A stretch of DNA of 64,000 bases from Eledone cirrhosa (Eukaryota), in NCBI GenBank assembly GCA_964016885.1, contig OZ024758.1, positions 29,140,001 through 29,204,000 on the forward strand. The letters run 5' to 3'. A program made the translations under genes and the position numbers. Positions 26,301-41,300 of this stretch are shown here, piece after piece. Numbering within the stretch: the stretch's first letter is position 1; each line of letters begins with the position of its first letter. Below the pieces are notes generated by a model, which saw only the letters and a list, made by a program, of their open reading frames with translations, was not told where the DNA came from and searched no databases.

Positions 26301-29300
26301 AGTGTAGTATTACAGTAAAGACTGGAGTATGTGATACAATACAGTCATAGTGTAGTATTACAGTAAAGACTGGAGTATGTGATACAATACAGGCATAGTG
26401 TAGTATTACAGTAAAGACTGGAGTATGTGATACAATACAGTCATAGTGTAGTATTACAGTAAAGACTGGAGTATGTGATACAATACAGGCATAGTGTAGT
26501 ATTACAGTAAAGACTGGAGTATGTGATACAATACAGTCATAGTGTAGTATTACAGTAAAGACTGGAGTATGTGATACAATACAGGCATAGTGTAGTATTA
26601 CAGTAAAGACTGGAGTATGTGATACAATACAGTCATAGTGTAGTATTACAGTAAAGACTGGAGTATGTGATACAATACAGTCATAGTGTAGTATTACAGT
26701 AAAGACTGGAGTATGTGATACAATACAGGCATAGTGTAGTATTACAGTAAAGACTGGAGTATGTGATACAATACAGTCATAGTGTAGTATTACAGTAAAG
26801 ACTGGAGTATGTGATACAATACAGGCGTAGTGTAGTATTACAGTAAAGACTGGAGTATGTGATACAATACAGGCATAGTGTAGTATTACAGTAAAGACTG
26901 GAGTATGTGATACAATACAATCATAGTGTAGTATTACAGTAAAGACTGGAGTATGTGATACTATACAGGCATAGTGTAGTATTACAGTAAAGACTGGAGT
27001 ATGTGATACAATACAGGCATAGTGTAGTATTACAGTAAAGACTGGAGTATGTGATACAATACAGTCATAGTGTAGTATTACAGTAAAGACTGGAGTATGT
27101 GATACAATACAGGCGTAGTGTAGTATTACAGTAAAGACTGGAGTATGTGATACAATACAGGCATAGTGTAGTATTACAGTAAAGACTGGAGTATGTGATA
27201 CAATACAGTCATAGTGTAGTATTACAGTAAAGACTGGAGTATGTGATACAATACAGGCGTAGTGTAGTATTACAGTAAAGACTGGAGTATGTGATACAAT
27301 ACAGGCATAGTGTAGTATTACAGTAAAGACTGGAGTATGTGATACTATACAGGCATAGTGTAGTATTACAGTAAAGACTGGAGTATGTGATACAATACAG
27401 TCATAGTGTAGTATTACAGTAAAGACTGGAGTATGTGATACTATACAGGCATAGTGTAGTATTACAGTAAAGACTGGAGTATGTGATACAATACAGTCAT
27501 AGTGTAGTATTACAGTAAAGACTGGAGTATGTGATACAATACAGGCATAGTGTAGTATTACAGTAAAGACTGGAGTATGTGATACAATACAGTCATAGTG
27601 TAGTATTACAGTAAAGACTGGAGTATGTGATACAATAGTCATAGTGTAGTATTACAGTAAAGACTGGAGTATGATACAATAGTCATAGTGTAGTATTACA
27701 GTAAAGACTGGAGTATGATACAATAGTCATAGTGTAGTATTACAGTAAAGTCTGGAGTATGTGATACAATACAGTCATAGTGTAGTATTACAGTAAAGAC
27801 TGGAGTATGTGATACAATACAGTCATAGTGTAGTATTACAGTAAAGACTGGAGTATGTGATACAATAGTCATAGTGTAGTATTACAGTAAAGACTGGAGT
27901 ATGATACAATAGTCATAGTGTAGTATTACAGTAAAGTCTGGAGTATGTGATACAATACAGTCATAGTGTAGTATTACAGTAAAGACTGGAGTATGTGATA
28001 CAATAGTCATAGTGTAGTATTACAGTAAAGACTGGAGTATGATACAATAGTCATAGTGTAGTATTACAGTAAAGTCTGGAGTATGTGATACAATACAGTC
28101 ATAGTGTAGTATTACAGTAAAGACTGGAGTATGTGATACAATAGTCATAGTGTAGTATTACAGTAAAGACTGGACTATGATACAATACAGTCATAGTGTA
28201 GTATTACAGTAAAGACTGGAGTATGATACAATACAGTCATAGTGTAGTATTACAGTAAAGACTGGAGTATGATACAATAGTCATAGTGTAGTATTACAGT
28301 AAAGACTGGAGTATGATACAATAGTCATAGTGTAGTATTACAGTAAAGACTGGAGTATGTGATACAATACAGTCATAGTGTAGTATTACAGTAAAGACTG
28401 GAGTATGTGATACAATACAGTCATAGTGTAGTATTACAGTAAAGACTGGAGTATGTGATACAATACAGTCATAGTGTAGTATTACAGTAAAGACTGGAGT
28501 ATGTGATACAATACAGTCATAGTGTAGTATTACAGTAAAGACTGGAGTATGATACAATACAGTCATAGTGTAGTATTACAGTAAAGACTGGAGTATGATA
28601 CAATAGTCATAGTGTAGTATTACAGTAAAGACTGGTGTATGATACAATACAGTCATAGTGTAGTATTACAGTAAAGACTGGAGTATGTGATACAATACAG
28701 TCATAGTGTAGTATTACAGTAAAGACTGGAGTATGTGATACAATACAGTCAGTGTAGTATTACAGTAAAGACTGGAGTATGTGATACAATACAGTCATAG
28801 TGTAGTATTACAGTAAAGACTGGAGTATGATACAATAGTCATAGTGTAGTATTACAGGAAAGACTGGTGTATGATACAATACAGTCATAGTGTAGTATTA
28901 CAGTAAAGACTGGAGTATGATACAATACAGTCATAGTGTAGTATTACAGTAAAGACTGGAGTATGTGATACAATAGTCATAGTGTAGTATTACAGTAAAG
29001 ACGAGTATGTGATACAATACAGTCATAGTGTAGTATTACAGTAAAGACTGGAGTATGTGATACAATACAGTCATAGTGTAGTATTACAGTAAAGACTGGA
29101 GTATGATACAATACAGTCATAGTGTAGTATTACATTAAAGACTGGAGTATGATACAATACAGTCATAGTGTATTACAGTAAAGACTGGAGTATGATACAA
29201 TACAGTCATAGTGTAGTACTACAGTAAAGACTGGAGTATGTTACAATACAGTCATAGTGTAGTACTACAGTAAAGACTGGAGTATGATACAATACAGTCA

Positions 29301-32300
29301 TAGTGTAGTATTACAGTAAAGACTGGAGTATGTGATACAATACAGTCATAGTGTAGTATGACAGTAAAGACTGGAGTATGTGATACAATATAGTCATAGT
29401 GTAGTATTACATTAAAGACTCGAGTATGTGATACAATACAGTCATAGTGTAGTATTACAGTAAAGACTGGAGTATGTGATACAATACAGTCATAGTGTAG
29501 TATTACAGTAAAGACTGGAGTATGTGATACAATACAGTCATAGTGTAGTATTACAGTAAAGACTGGAGTATGATACAATACAGTCATAGTGTAGTATTAC
29601 ATTAAAGACTCGAGTATGTGATACAATACAGGCATAGTGTAGTATTACAGTAAAGACTGGACTGATACAATACAGTCATAGTGTAGTATTACAGTAAAGA
29701 CTGGAGTATGTGATACAATACAGTCATAGTGTAGTATTACAGTAAATACTGGAGTATGTGATACAATAGTCATAGTGTAGTATTACAGTAAAGACTAGAG
29801 TATGTGATACAATACAGGCATAGTGTAGTATTACAGTAAAGACTGGAGTATGTGATACAATACAGTCATAGTGTAGTATTACAGTAAAGACTGGAGTATG
29901 TGATACAATACAGGCATAGTGTAGTATTACAGTAAAGACTGGAGTATGTGATACAATACAGGCATAGTGTAGTATTACAGTAAAGACTGGAGTATGTGAT
30001 ACAATACAGGCATAGTGTAGTATTACAGTAAAGACTGGAGTATGTGATACAATACAATCATAGTGTAGTATTACAGTAAAGACTGGAGTATGTGATACAA
30101 TACAGGCATAGTGTAGTATTACAGTAAAGACTGGAGTATGTGATACAATAGCCATAGTGTAGTATTACAGTAAAGACTGGACTATGATACAATACAGTCA
30201 TAGTGTAGTATTACAGTAAAGACTGGAGTATGTGATACAATACAGTCATAGTGTAGTATTACAGTAAAGACTGGAGTATGTGATACAATACAGTCATAGT
30301 GTATTATTACAGTAAAGAATGGAGTATGTGATACAATAGTCATAGTGTAGTATTACAGTAAAGACTGGAGTATGTGATACAATAGTCATAGTGTAGTATT
30401 ACAGTAAAGACTGGAGTATGATACAATAGTCATAGTGTAGTATTATAGTAAAGTCTGGAGTATGTGATACAATACAGTCATAGTGTAGTATTACAGTAAA
30501 GACTGGAGTATGATACAATACAGTCATAGTGTAGTATTACAGTAAAGACTGGAGTATGTGATACAATACAGTCATAGTGTAGTATTACAGTAAAGACTGG
30601 AGTATGTAATACAATACAGTCATAGTGTAGTATTACAGTAAAGACTGGAGTATGTGATACAATACAGTCATAGTGTAGTATTACAGTAAAGACAGGTGTA
30701 TGATACAATACAGTCAGTGTAGTATTACAGTTAAGACTGGAGTATGATACAATAGTCATAGTGTAGTATTACAGTAAAGACTGGTGTATGATACAATACA
30801 GTCATAGTGTAGTATTACAGTAAAGACTGGAGTATGTGATACAATACAGTCATAGTGTAGTATTACAGTAAAGACTGGAGTTTGTGATACAATACAGTCA
30901 TAGTGTAGTATTACAGTAAAGACTGGAGTATGATACAATAGTCATAGTGTAGTATTACAGTGAAGACGACTATGATACAATACAGTCATAGTGTAGTATT
31001 ACAGTAAAGACTGGAGTATGTGATACAATACAGTCATAGTGTAGTATTACAGTAAAGACTGGAGTATGATACAATAGTCATAGTGTAGTATTACAGTAAA
31101 GACTGGTGTATGATACAATAGTCATAGTGTAGTATTACAGTAAAGACTGGAGTATGTGATACAATAGTCATAGTGTAGTATTACAGTAAAGACTGGAGTA
31201 TGTGATACAATACAGGCATAGTGTAGTATTACAGTAAAGACTGGAGTATGATACAATAGTCATAGTGTAGTATTACAGTAAAGACTGGAGTATGTGATAC
31301 AATAGTCATAGTGTAGTATTACAGTAAAGACTGGAGTATGTGATACAATACAGGCATAGTGTAGTATTATAGTAAAGACTGGAGTATGATACAATAGTCA
31401 TAGTGTAGTATTACAGTAAAGACTGGTGTATGATACAATACAGTCATAGTGTAGTATTACAGTAAAGACTGGAGTATGATACAATACAGTCATAGTGTAG
31501 TATTACAGTAAAGACTGGAGTATGTGATACAATAGTCATAGTGTAGTATTACAGTAAAGACTGGAGTATGTGATACAATACAGTCATAGTGTAGTATTAC
31601 AGTAAAGACTGGAGTATGTGATACAATACAGTCATAGTGTAGTATTACAGTAAAGAGAGGAGTGTGATACAATAGTCATAGTGTAGTATTACAGTAAAGA
31701 CTGGAGTATGTGATACAATACTGTCATAGTGTAGTATTACAGTAAAGACTGGAGTATGATACAATAGTCATAGTGTAGTATTACAGTAAAGACTGGTGTA
31801 TGATACAATAGTCATAGTGTAGTATTACAGTAAAGACTGGAGTATGTGATACAATACAGTCATAGTGTAGTATTACAGTAAAGACTGGAGTATGATACAA
31901 TACGGTCATAGTGTAGTATTACAGTAAAGACTGGAGTATGTGATACAATAGTCATAGTGTAGTATTACAGTAAAGACTGGAGTATGTGATACAATACAGT
32001 CATAGTGTAGTATTACAGTAAAGACTGGAGTATGATACAATAGTCAGTGTAGTATTACAGTAAAGACTGGAGTATGTTACAATACAGTCATAGTGTAGTA
32101 TTACAGTAAAGACTGGAGTATGTTACAATACAGTCATAGTGTAGTACTACAGTAAAGACTGGAGTATGTTACAATACAGTCATAGTGTAGTATTACAGTA
32201 AAGACTGGAGTATGTTACAATACAGTCATAGTGTAGTATTACAGTAAAGACTGGAGTATGTTACAATACAGTCATAGTGTAGTATTACAGTAAAGACTGG

Positions 32301-35300
32301 AGTATGTGATACAATACAGTCATAGTGTAGTATTACAGTAAAGACTGGACTATGATACAATACAGTCATAGTGTAGTATTACAGTAAAGACTGGAGTATG
32401 TGATACAATACAGTCATAGTGTAGTATTACAGTAAAGACTGGAGTATGTGATACAATACAGTCATAGTGTAGTATTACAGTAAAGACTGGAGTATGTGAT
32501 ACAATACAGTCATAGTGTAGTATTACAGTAAAGACTGGAGTATGTGATACAATACAGTCATAGTGTAGTATTACAGTAAAGACTGGAGTATGTGATACAA
32601 TACAGTCATAGTGTAGTATTACAGTAAAGACTGGAGTATGTGATACAATACAGTCTTAGTGTAGTATTACAGTAAAGACTGGAGTATGTGATACAATAGT
32701 CATAGTGTAGTATTACAGTAAAGACTGGAGTATGTGATACAATACAGTCATAGTGTAGTATTACAGTAAAGACTGGAGTATGATACAATACAGTCATAGT
32801 GTAGTATTACAGTAAAGACTGGAGTATGTGATACAATACAGTCACAGTGTAGTATTACAGTAAAGACTGGAGTATGTGATACAATACAGTCATAGTGTAG
32901 TATTACAGTAAAGACTGGAGTATGTGATACAATACAGTCATAGTGTAGTATTACAGTAAAGACTGGAGTATGTGATACAATACAGTCATAGTGTAGTATT
33001 ACAGTAAAGACTGGAGTATGATACAATACAGTCATAGTGTAGTATTACAGTAAAGACTGGAGTATGTGATACAATACAGTCATAGTGTAGTATTACAGTA
33101 AAGACTGGAGTATGTGATACAATACAGTCATAGTGTAGTATTACAGTAAAGACTGGAGTATGTGATACAATACAGTCATAGTGTAGTATTACAGTAAAGA
33201 CTGGAGTATATGATACAATACAGTCATAGTGTAGTATTACAGTAAAGACTGGAGTGTGATGCAATACTGTCATAGTGTATTATTACAGTAAAGACTGGAG
33301 TATGATACAATAGTCATAGTGTAGTATTACAGTGAAGACGACTATGATACAATACAGTCATAGTGTAGTATTACAGTAAAGACTGGAGTATGATACAATA
33401 GTCATAGTGTAGTATTACAGTAAAGACTGGACTATGATACAATACAGTCATAGTGTAGTATTACAGTAAAGACTGGAGTATGTGATACAATACAGTCATA
33501 GTGTAGTATTACAGTAAAGACTGGAGTATGTGATACAATACAGTCATAGTGTATTATTACAGTAAAGAATGGAGTATGTGATACAATAGTCATAGTGTAG
33601 TATTACAGTAAAGACTGGAGTATGTGATACAATAGTCATAGTGTAGTATTACAGTAAAGACTGGAGTATGATACAATAGTCATAGTGTAGTATTACAGTA
33701 AAGTCTGGAGTATGTGATACAATACAGTCATAGTGTAGTATTACAGTAAGGACTGGAGTATGTGATACAATACAGTCATAGTGTAGTATTACAGTAAAGA
33801 CTGGAGTATGTGATACAATACAGTCATAGTGTAGTATTACAGTAAAGACTGGAGTATGTGATACAATACAGTCATAGTGTAGTATTACAGTAAAGACTGG
33901 AGTATGTGATACAATACAGTCATAGTGTAGTATTACAGTAAAGACTGGAGTATGTGATACAATACAGTCATAGTGTAGTATTACAGTAAAGACTGGAGTA
34001 TGTGATACAATACAGTCATAGTGTAGTATTACAGTAAAGACTGGAGTATGTGATACAATACAGTCATAGTGTAGTATTACAGTAAAGACAGGTGTATGAT
34101 ACAATACAGTCAGTGTAGTATTACAGTAAAGACTGGAGTATGATACAATAGTCATAGTGTAGTATTACAGTAAAGACTGGTGTATGATACAATACAGTCA
34201 TAGTGTAGTATTACAGTAAAGACTGGAGTATGTGATACAATACAGTCATAGTGTAGTATTACAGTAAAGACTGGAGTTTGTGATACAATACAGTCATAGT
34301 GTAGTATTACAGTAAAGACTGGAGTATGATACAATAGTCATAGTGTAGTATTACAGTGAAGACGACTATGATACAATACAGTCATAGTGTAGTATTACAG
34401 TAAAGACTGGAGTATGATACAATAGTCATAGTGTAGTATTACAGTAAAGACTGGTGTATGATACAATACAGTCATAGTGTAGTATTACAGTAAAGACTGG
34501 AGTATGATACAATACAGTCATAGTGTAGTATTACAGTAAAGACTGGAGTATGTGATACAATAGTCATAGTGTAGTATTACAGTAAAGACTGGAGTATGTG
34601 ATACAATACAGTCATAGTGTAGTATTACAGTAAAGACTGGAGTATGTGATACAATACAGTCATAGTGTAGTATTACAGTAAAGAGAGGAGTGTGATACAA
34701 TAGTCATAGTGTAGTATTACAGTAAAGACTGGAGTATGTGATACAATACTGTCATAGTGTAGTATTACAGTAAAGACTGGAGTATGATACAATAGTCATA
34801 GTGTAGTATTACAGTAAAGACTGGTGTATGATACAATAGTCATAGTGTAGTATTACAGTAAAGACTGGAGTATGTGATACAATACAGTCATAGTGTAGTA
34901 TTACAGTAAAGACTGGAGTATGATACAATACGGTCATAGTGTAGTATTACAGTAAAGACTGGAGTATGTGATACAATAGTCATAGTGTAGTATTACAGTA
35001 AAGACTGGAGTATGTGATACAATACAGTCATAGTGTAGTATTACAGTAAAGACTGGAGTATGATACAATAGTCAGTGTAGTATTACAGTAAAGACTGGAG
35101 TATGTTACAATACAGTCATAGTGTAGTATTACAGTAAAGACTGGAGTATGTTACAATACAGTCATAGTGTAGTACTACAGTAAAGACTGGAGTATGTTAC
35201 AATACAGTCATAGTGTAGTATTACAGTAAAGACTGGAGTATGTTACAATACAGTCATAGTGTAGTATTACAGTAAAGACTGGAGTATGTTACAATACAGT

Positions 35301-38300
35301 CATAGTGTAGTATTACAGTAAAGACTGGAGTATGTGATACAATAGTCATAGTGTAGTATTACAGTAAAGACTGGACTATGATACAATACAGTCATAGTGT
35401 AGTATTACAGTAAAGACTGGAGTATGTGATACAATACAGTCATAGTGTAGTATTACAGTAAAGACTGGAGTATGTGATACAATACAGTCATAGTGTAGTA
35501 TTACAGTAAAGACTGGAGTATGTGATACAATACAGTCATAGTGTAGTATTACAGTAAAGACTGGAGTATGTGATACAATACAGTCATAGTGTAGTATTAC
35601 AGTAAAGACTGGACTATGATACAATACAGTCATAGTGTAGTATTACAGTAAAGACGAGTATGATACAATACAGTCATAGTGTAGTATTACAGTAAACACT
35701 GGAGTATGTGATACAATAGTCATAGTGTAGTATTACAGTAAAGACTGGTGTATGATACAATACAGTCATAGTGTGGTATTACAGTAAAGACTGGAGTATG
35801 ATACAATACAGTCATAGTGTAGTATTACAGTAAAAACTGGAGTATGTGATACAATACAGTCATAGTGTAGTATTACAGTAAAGACTGGACTATGATACAA
35901 TACAGTCATAGTGTAGTATTACAGTAAAGACTGGAGTATGTGATACAATACAGTCATAGTGTAGTATTACAGTAAAGACTGGAGTATGTGATACAATACA
36001 GTCATAGTGTAGTATTACAGTAAAGACTGGAGTATGATACAATAGTCATAGTGTATTATTACAGTAAAGACTGGAGTATGTGATACAATAGTCATAGTGT
36101 AGTATTACAGTAAAGACTGGAGTATGAGATACAATACAGTCATAGTGTAGTATTACAGTAAAGACTGGAGTATGTGATACAATACAGTCATAGTGTAGTA
36201 TTACAGTAAAGACTGGAGTATGTGATACAATACAGTCATAGTGTAGTATTACAGTAAAGACTGGACTATGATACAATACAGTCATAGTGTAGTATTACAG
36301 TAAAGACTGGAGTATGATACAATACAGTCATAGTGTAGTATTACAGTAAAGACTGGAGTATGTGATACAATAGTCAGTGTAGTATTACAGTAAAGACTGG
36401 AGTATGTGATACAATACAGTCATAGTGTAGTATTACAGTAAAGACTGGAGTATGTGATACAATACAGTCATAGTGTAGTATTACAGTAAAGACTGGAGTA
36501 TGTGATACAATACAGTCATAGTGTAGTATTACAGTAAAGACTGGAGTATGTGATACAATACAGTCTTAGTGTAGTATTACAGTAAAGACTGGAGTATGTG
36601 ATACAATAGTCATAGTGTAGTATTACAGTAAAGACTGGAGTATGTGATACAATACAGTCATAGTGTAGTATTACAGTAAAGACTGGAGTATGATACAATA
36701 CAGTCATAGTGTAGTATTACAGTAAAGACTGGAGTATGTGATACAATACAGTCACAGTGTAGTATTACAGTAAAGACTGGAGTATGTGATACAATACAGT
36801 CATAGTGTAGTATTACAGTAAAGACTGGAGTATGTGATACAATACAGTCATAGTGTAGTATTACAGTAAAGACTGGAGTATGATACAATACAGTCATAGT
36901 GTAGTATTACAGTAAAGACTGGAGTATGTGATACAATACAGTCATAGTGTAGTATTACAGTAAAGACTGGAGTATGTGATACAATACAGTCATAGTGTAG
37001 TATTACAGTAAAGACTGGAGTATGTGATACAATACAGTCATAGTGTAGTATTACAGTAAAGACTGGAGTATATGATACAATACAGTCATAGTGTAGTATT
37101 ACAGTAAAGACTGGAGTGTGATGCAATACTGTCATAGTGTATTATTACAGTAAAGACTGGAGTATGTGATACAATACAGTCATAGTGTAGTATTACAGTA
37201 AAGACTGGAGTATGATACAATACTGTCATAGTGTATTATTACAGTAAAGACTGGAGTATGTGATACAATACAGTCATAGTGTAGTATTACAGTAAAGACT
37301 GGAGTATGTGATACAATACAGTCATAGTGTCGTATTACAGTAAAGACTGGAGTATGTGATACAATACAGTCATAGTGTAGTATTACAGTAAAGACTGGAG
37401 TATGTGATACAATACAGTCATAGTGTAGTATTACAGTAAAGACTGGAGTATGTGATACAATACAGTCATAGTGTAGTATTACAGTAAAGACTGGAGTATG
37501 ATACAATACAGTCATAGTGTAGTATTACAGTAAAGACTGGAGTATGATACAATACTGTCATAGTGTATTATTACAGTAAAGACTGGAGTATGTGATACAA
37601 TACAGTCATAGTGTAGTATTACAGTAAAGACTGGAGTATGATACAATACTGTCATAGTGTATTATTACAGTAAAGACTGGAGTATGTGATACAATACAGT
37701 CATAGTGTAGTATTACAGTAAAGACTGGAGTATGTGATACAATACAGTCATAGTGTCGTATTACAGTAAAGACTGGAGTATGTGATACAATACAGTCATA
37801 GTGTAGTATTACAGTAAAGACTGGAGTATGTGATACAATACAGGCATAGTGTAGTATTACAGTAAAGACTGGAGTATGATACAATACTGTCATAGTGTAT
37901 TATTACAGTAAAGACTGGAGTATGTGATACAATACAGTCATAGTGTAGTATTACAGTAAAGACTGGAGTATGATACAATACTGTCATAGTGTATTATTAC
38001 AGTAAAGACTGGAGTATGTGATACAATACAGTCATAGTGTAGTATTACAGTAAAGACTGGAGTATGTGATACAATAGTCATATTGTCGTATTACAGTAAA
38101 GACTGGAGTATGTGATACAATACAGTCATAGTGTAGTATTACAGTAAAGACTGGAGTATGTGATACAATACAGGCATAGTGTAGTATTACAGTAAAGACT
38201 GGAGTATGATACAATACTGTCATAGTGTATTATTACAGTAAAGACTGGAGTATGTGATACAATACAGTCATAGTGTCGTATTACAGTAAAGACTGGAGTA

Positions 38301-41300
38301 TGTGATACAATACAGTCATAGTGTAGTATTACAGTAAAGACTGGAGTATGTGATACAATACAGGCATAGTGTAGTATTACAGTAAAGACTGGAGTATGAT
38401 ACAATAGTCATAGTGTAGTATTACATTAAAGACTCCAGTATATGATACAATACAGGCATAGTGTAGTATTACAGTAAAGACTGGTGTATGATACAATACA
38501 GTCATAGTGTAGTATTACATTAAAGACTCGAGTATGTGATACAATACAGGCATAGTGTAGTATTACAGTAAAGACTGGAGTATGATACAATAGTCATAGT
38601 GTAGTATTACAGTAAAGACTGGAGTATGTGATACAATACAGTCATAGTGTAGTATTACAGTAAAGACTGGAGTATGTGATACAATACAGTCATTGTGTAG
38701 TATTACAGTAAAGACTGGAGTATGTGATACAATACAGTCATAGTGTAGTATTACAGTAAAGACTGGAGTATGTGATACAATACAGTCATTGTGTAGTATT
38801 ACAGTAAAGACTGGAGTATGTGATACAATAGTCAGTGTAGTATTACAGTAAAGACTGGAGTATGATACAATACAGGCATAGTGTAGTATTACAGTAAAGA
38901 CTGGAGTATGTGATACAATACAGGCATAGTGTAGTATTACAGTAAAAACTGGAGTATGATACAATACAGTCATAGTGTAATATTATAGTAAAGACTGGAG
39001 TATGATACAATACAGTGATAGTGTAGTATTACAGTAAAGACTGGAGTATGTGATACAATACAGTCATAGTGTAGTATTACAGTAAAGACTGGAGTATGTG
39101 ATACAATACAGTCATAGTGTAGTATTACAGTAAAGACTGGACTATGATACAATACAGTCATAGTGTAGTATTACAGTAAAGACTGGAGTATGTGATACAA
39201 TAGTCATAGTGTAGTATTACAGTAAAGACTGGAGTATGTGATACAATACTGTCATAGTGTAGTATTACAGTAAAGACTGAAGTATGATACAATACAGTCA
39301 TAGTGTAGTATTACAGTAAAGACTGGAGTATGTGATACAATACAGTCATAGTGTAGTATTACAGTAAAGACTGGAGTATGTGATACAATACAGTCATAGT
39401 GTAGTATTACAGTAAAGAGAGGAGTATGATACAATAGTCATAGTGTAGTATTACAGTAAAGACTGGAGTATGTGATACAATACTGTCATAGTGTAGTATT
39501 ACAGTAAAGACTGAAGTATGATACAATACAGTCATAGTGTAGTATTACAGTAAAGACTGGAGTATGTGATACAATACAGTCATAGTGTAGTATTACAGTA
39601 AAGACTGGAGTATGTGATACAATAGTCATAGTGTAGTATTACAGTAAAGACTGGAGTATGATACAATACAGTCATAGTGTAGTATGACAGTAAAGACTGG
39701 AGTATGTGATACAATACAGTCATAGTGTAGTATTACAGTAAAGAGAGGAGTATGTGATACAATACAGTCATAGTGTAGTATTACAGTAAAGACTGGAGTA
39801 TGTGATACAATACAGTCATAGTGTAGTATTACAGTAAAGAGAGGAGTATGTGATACAATAGTCATAGTGTAGTATTACAGTAAAGACTGGAGTATGTGAT
39901 ACAATAGTCATAGTGTAGTATTACAGCAAAGACTGGAGTATGTGATACAATACTGTCATAGTGTAGTATTACAGTAAAGAGAGGAGTATGTGATACAATA
40001 CAGTCATAGTGTAGTATTACAGTAAAGACTGGAGTATGACACAATACAGTCATAGTGTAGTATTACAGTAAAGAGAGGAGTATGATACAATACTGTCATA
40101 GTGTAGTATTACAGTAAAGACTGGAGTATGTGATACAATACTGTCATAGTGTAGTATTACAGTAAAGACTGGAGTATGATACAATACAGTCATAGTGTAG
40201 TATTACAGTAAAGACTGGAGTATGTGATACAATACAGTCATAGTGCAGTATTACAGTAAAGACTGGAGTATGTGATACAATACAGTCATAGTGTAGTATT
40301 ACAGTAAAGACTGGAGTATGTGATACAATACAGTCATAGTGTAGTATTACAGTAAAGACTGGAGTATGTGATACAATACTGTCATAGTGTAGTATTACAG
40401 TAAAGACTGGAGTATGTGATACAATACTGTCATAGTGTAGTATTACAGTAAAGACTGGAGTATGACACAATACAGTCATAGTGTAGTATTACAGTAAAGA
40501 GAGGAGTATGATACAATACTGTCATAGTGTAGTATTACAGTAAAGACTGGAGTATGTGATACAATACTGTCATAGTGTAGTATTACAGTAAAGACTGGAG
40601 TATGTGATACAATACATAGTGTAGTATTACAGTAAAGACTGGACTATGATACAATACAGTCATAGTGTAGTATTACAGTAAAGACTGGAGTATGTGATAC
40701 AATACAGTCATAGTGTAGTATTACAGTAAAGACTGGAGTATGTGATACAATACAGTCATAGTGTAGTATTACAGTAAAGACTGGAGTATGTGATACAATA
40801 CAGTCATAGTGTAGTATTACAGTAAAGACTGGACTATGATACAATACAGTCATAGTGTAGTATTACAGTAAAGACTGGAGTATGTGATACAATACAGTCA
40901 TAATGTAGTATTACAGTAAAGACTGGAGTATGTGATACAATACAGTCACAGTGTAGTATTACAGTAAAGACTGGAGTATGTGATACAATACAGTCACAGT
41001 GTAGTATTACAGTAAAGACTGGAGTATGTGATACAATACAGTCACAGTGTAGTATTACAGTAAAGACTGGAGTATGTGATACAATACAGTCATAGTGTAG
41101 TATTACAGTAAAGACTGGAGTATGATACAATAGTCATAGTGTAGTATTACAGTAAAGACTGGAGTATGTGATACAATACAGTCATAGTGTAGTATTACAG
41201 TAAAGACTGGAGTATGTGATACAATACAGTCATAGTGTAGTATTACAGTAAAGACTGGAGTATGTGATACAATACAGTCATAGTGTAGTATTACAGTAAA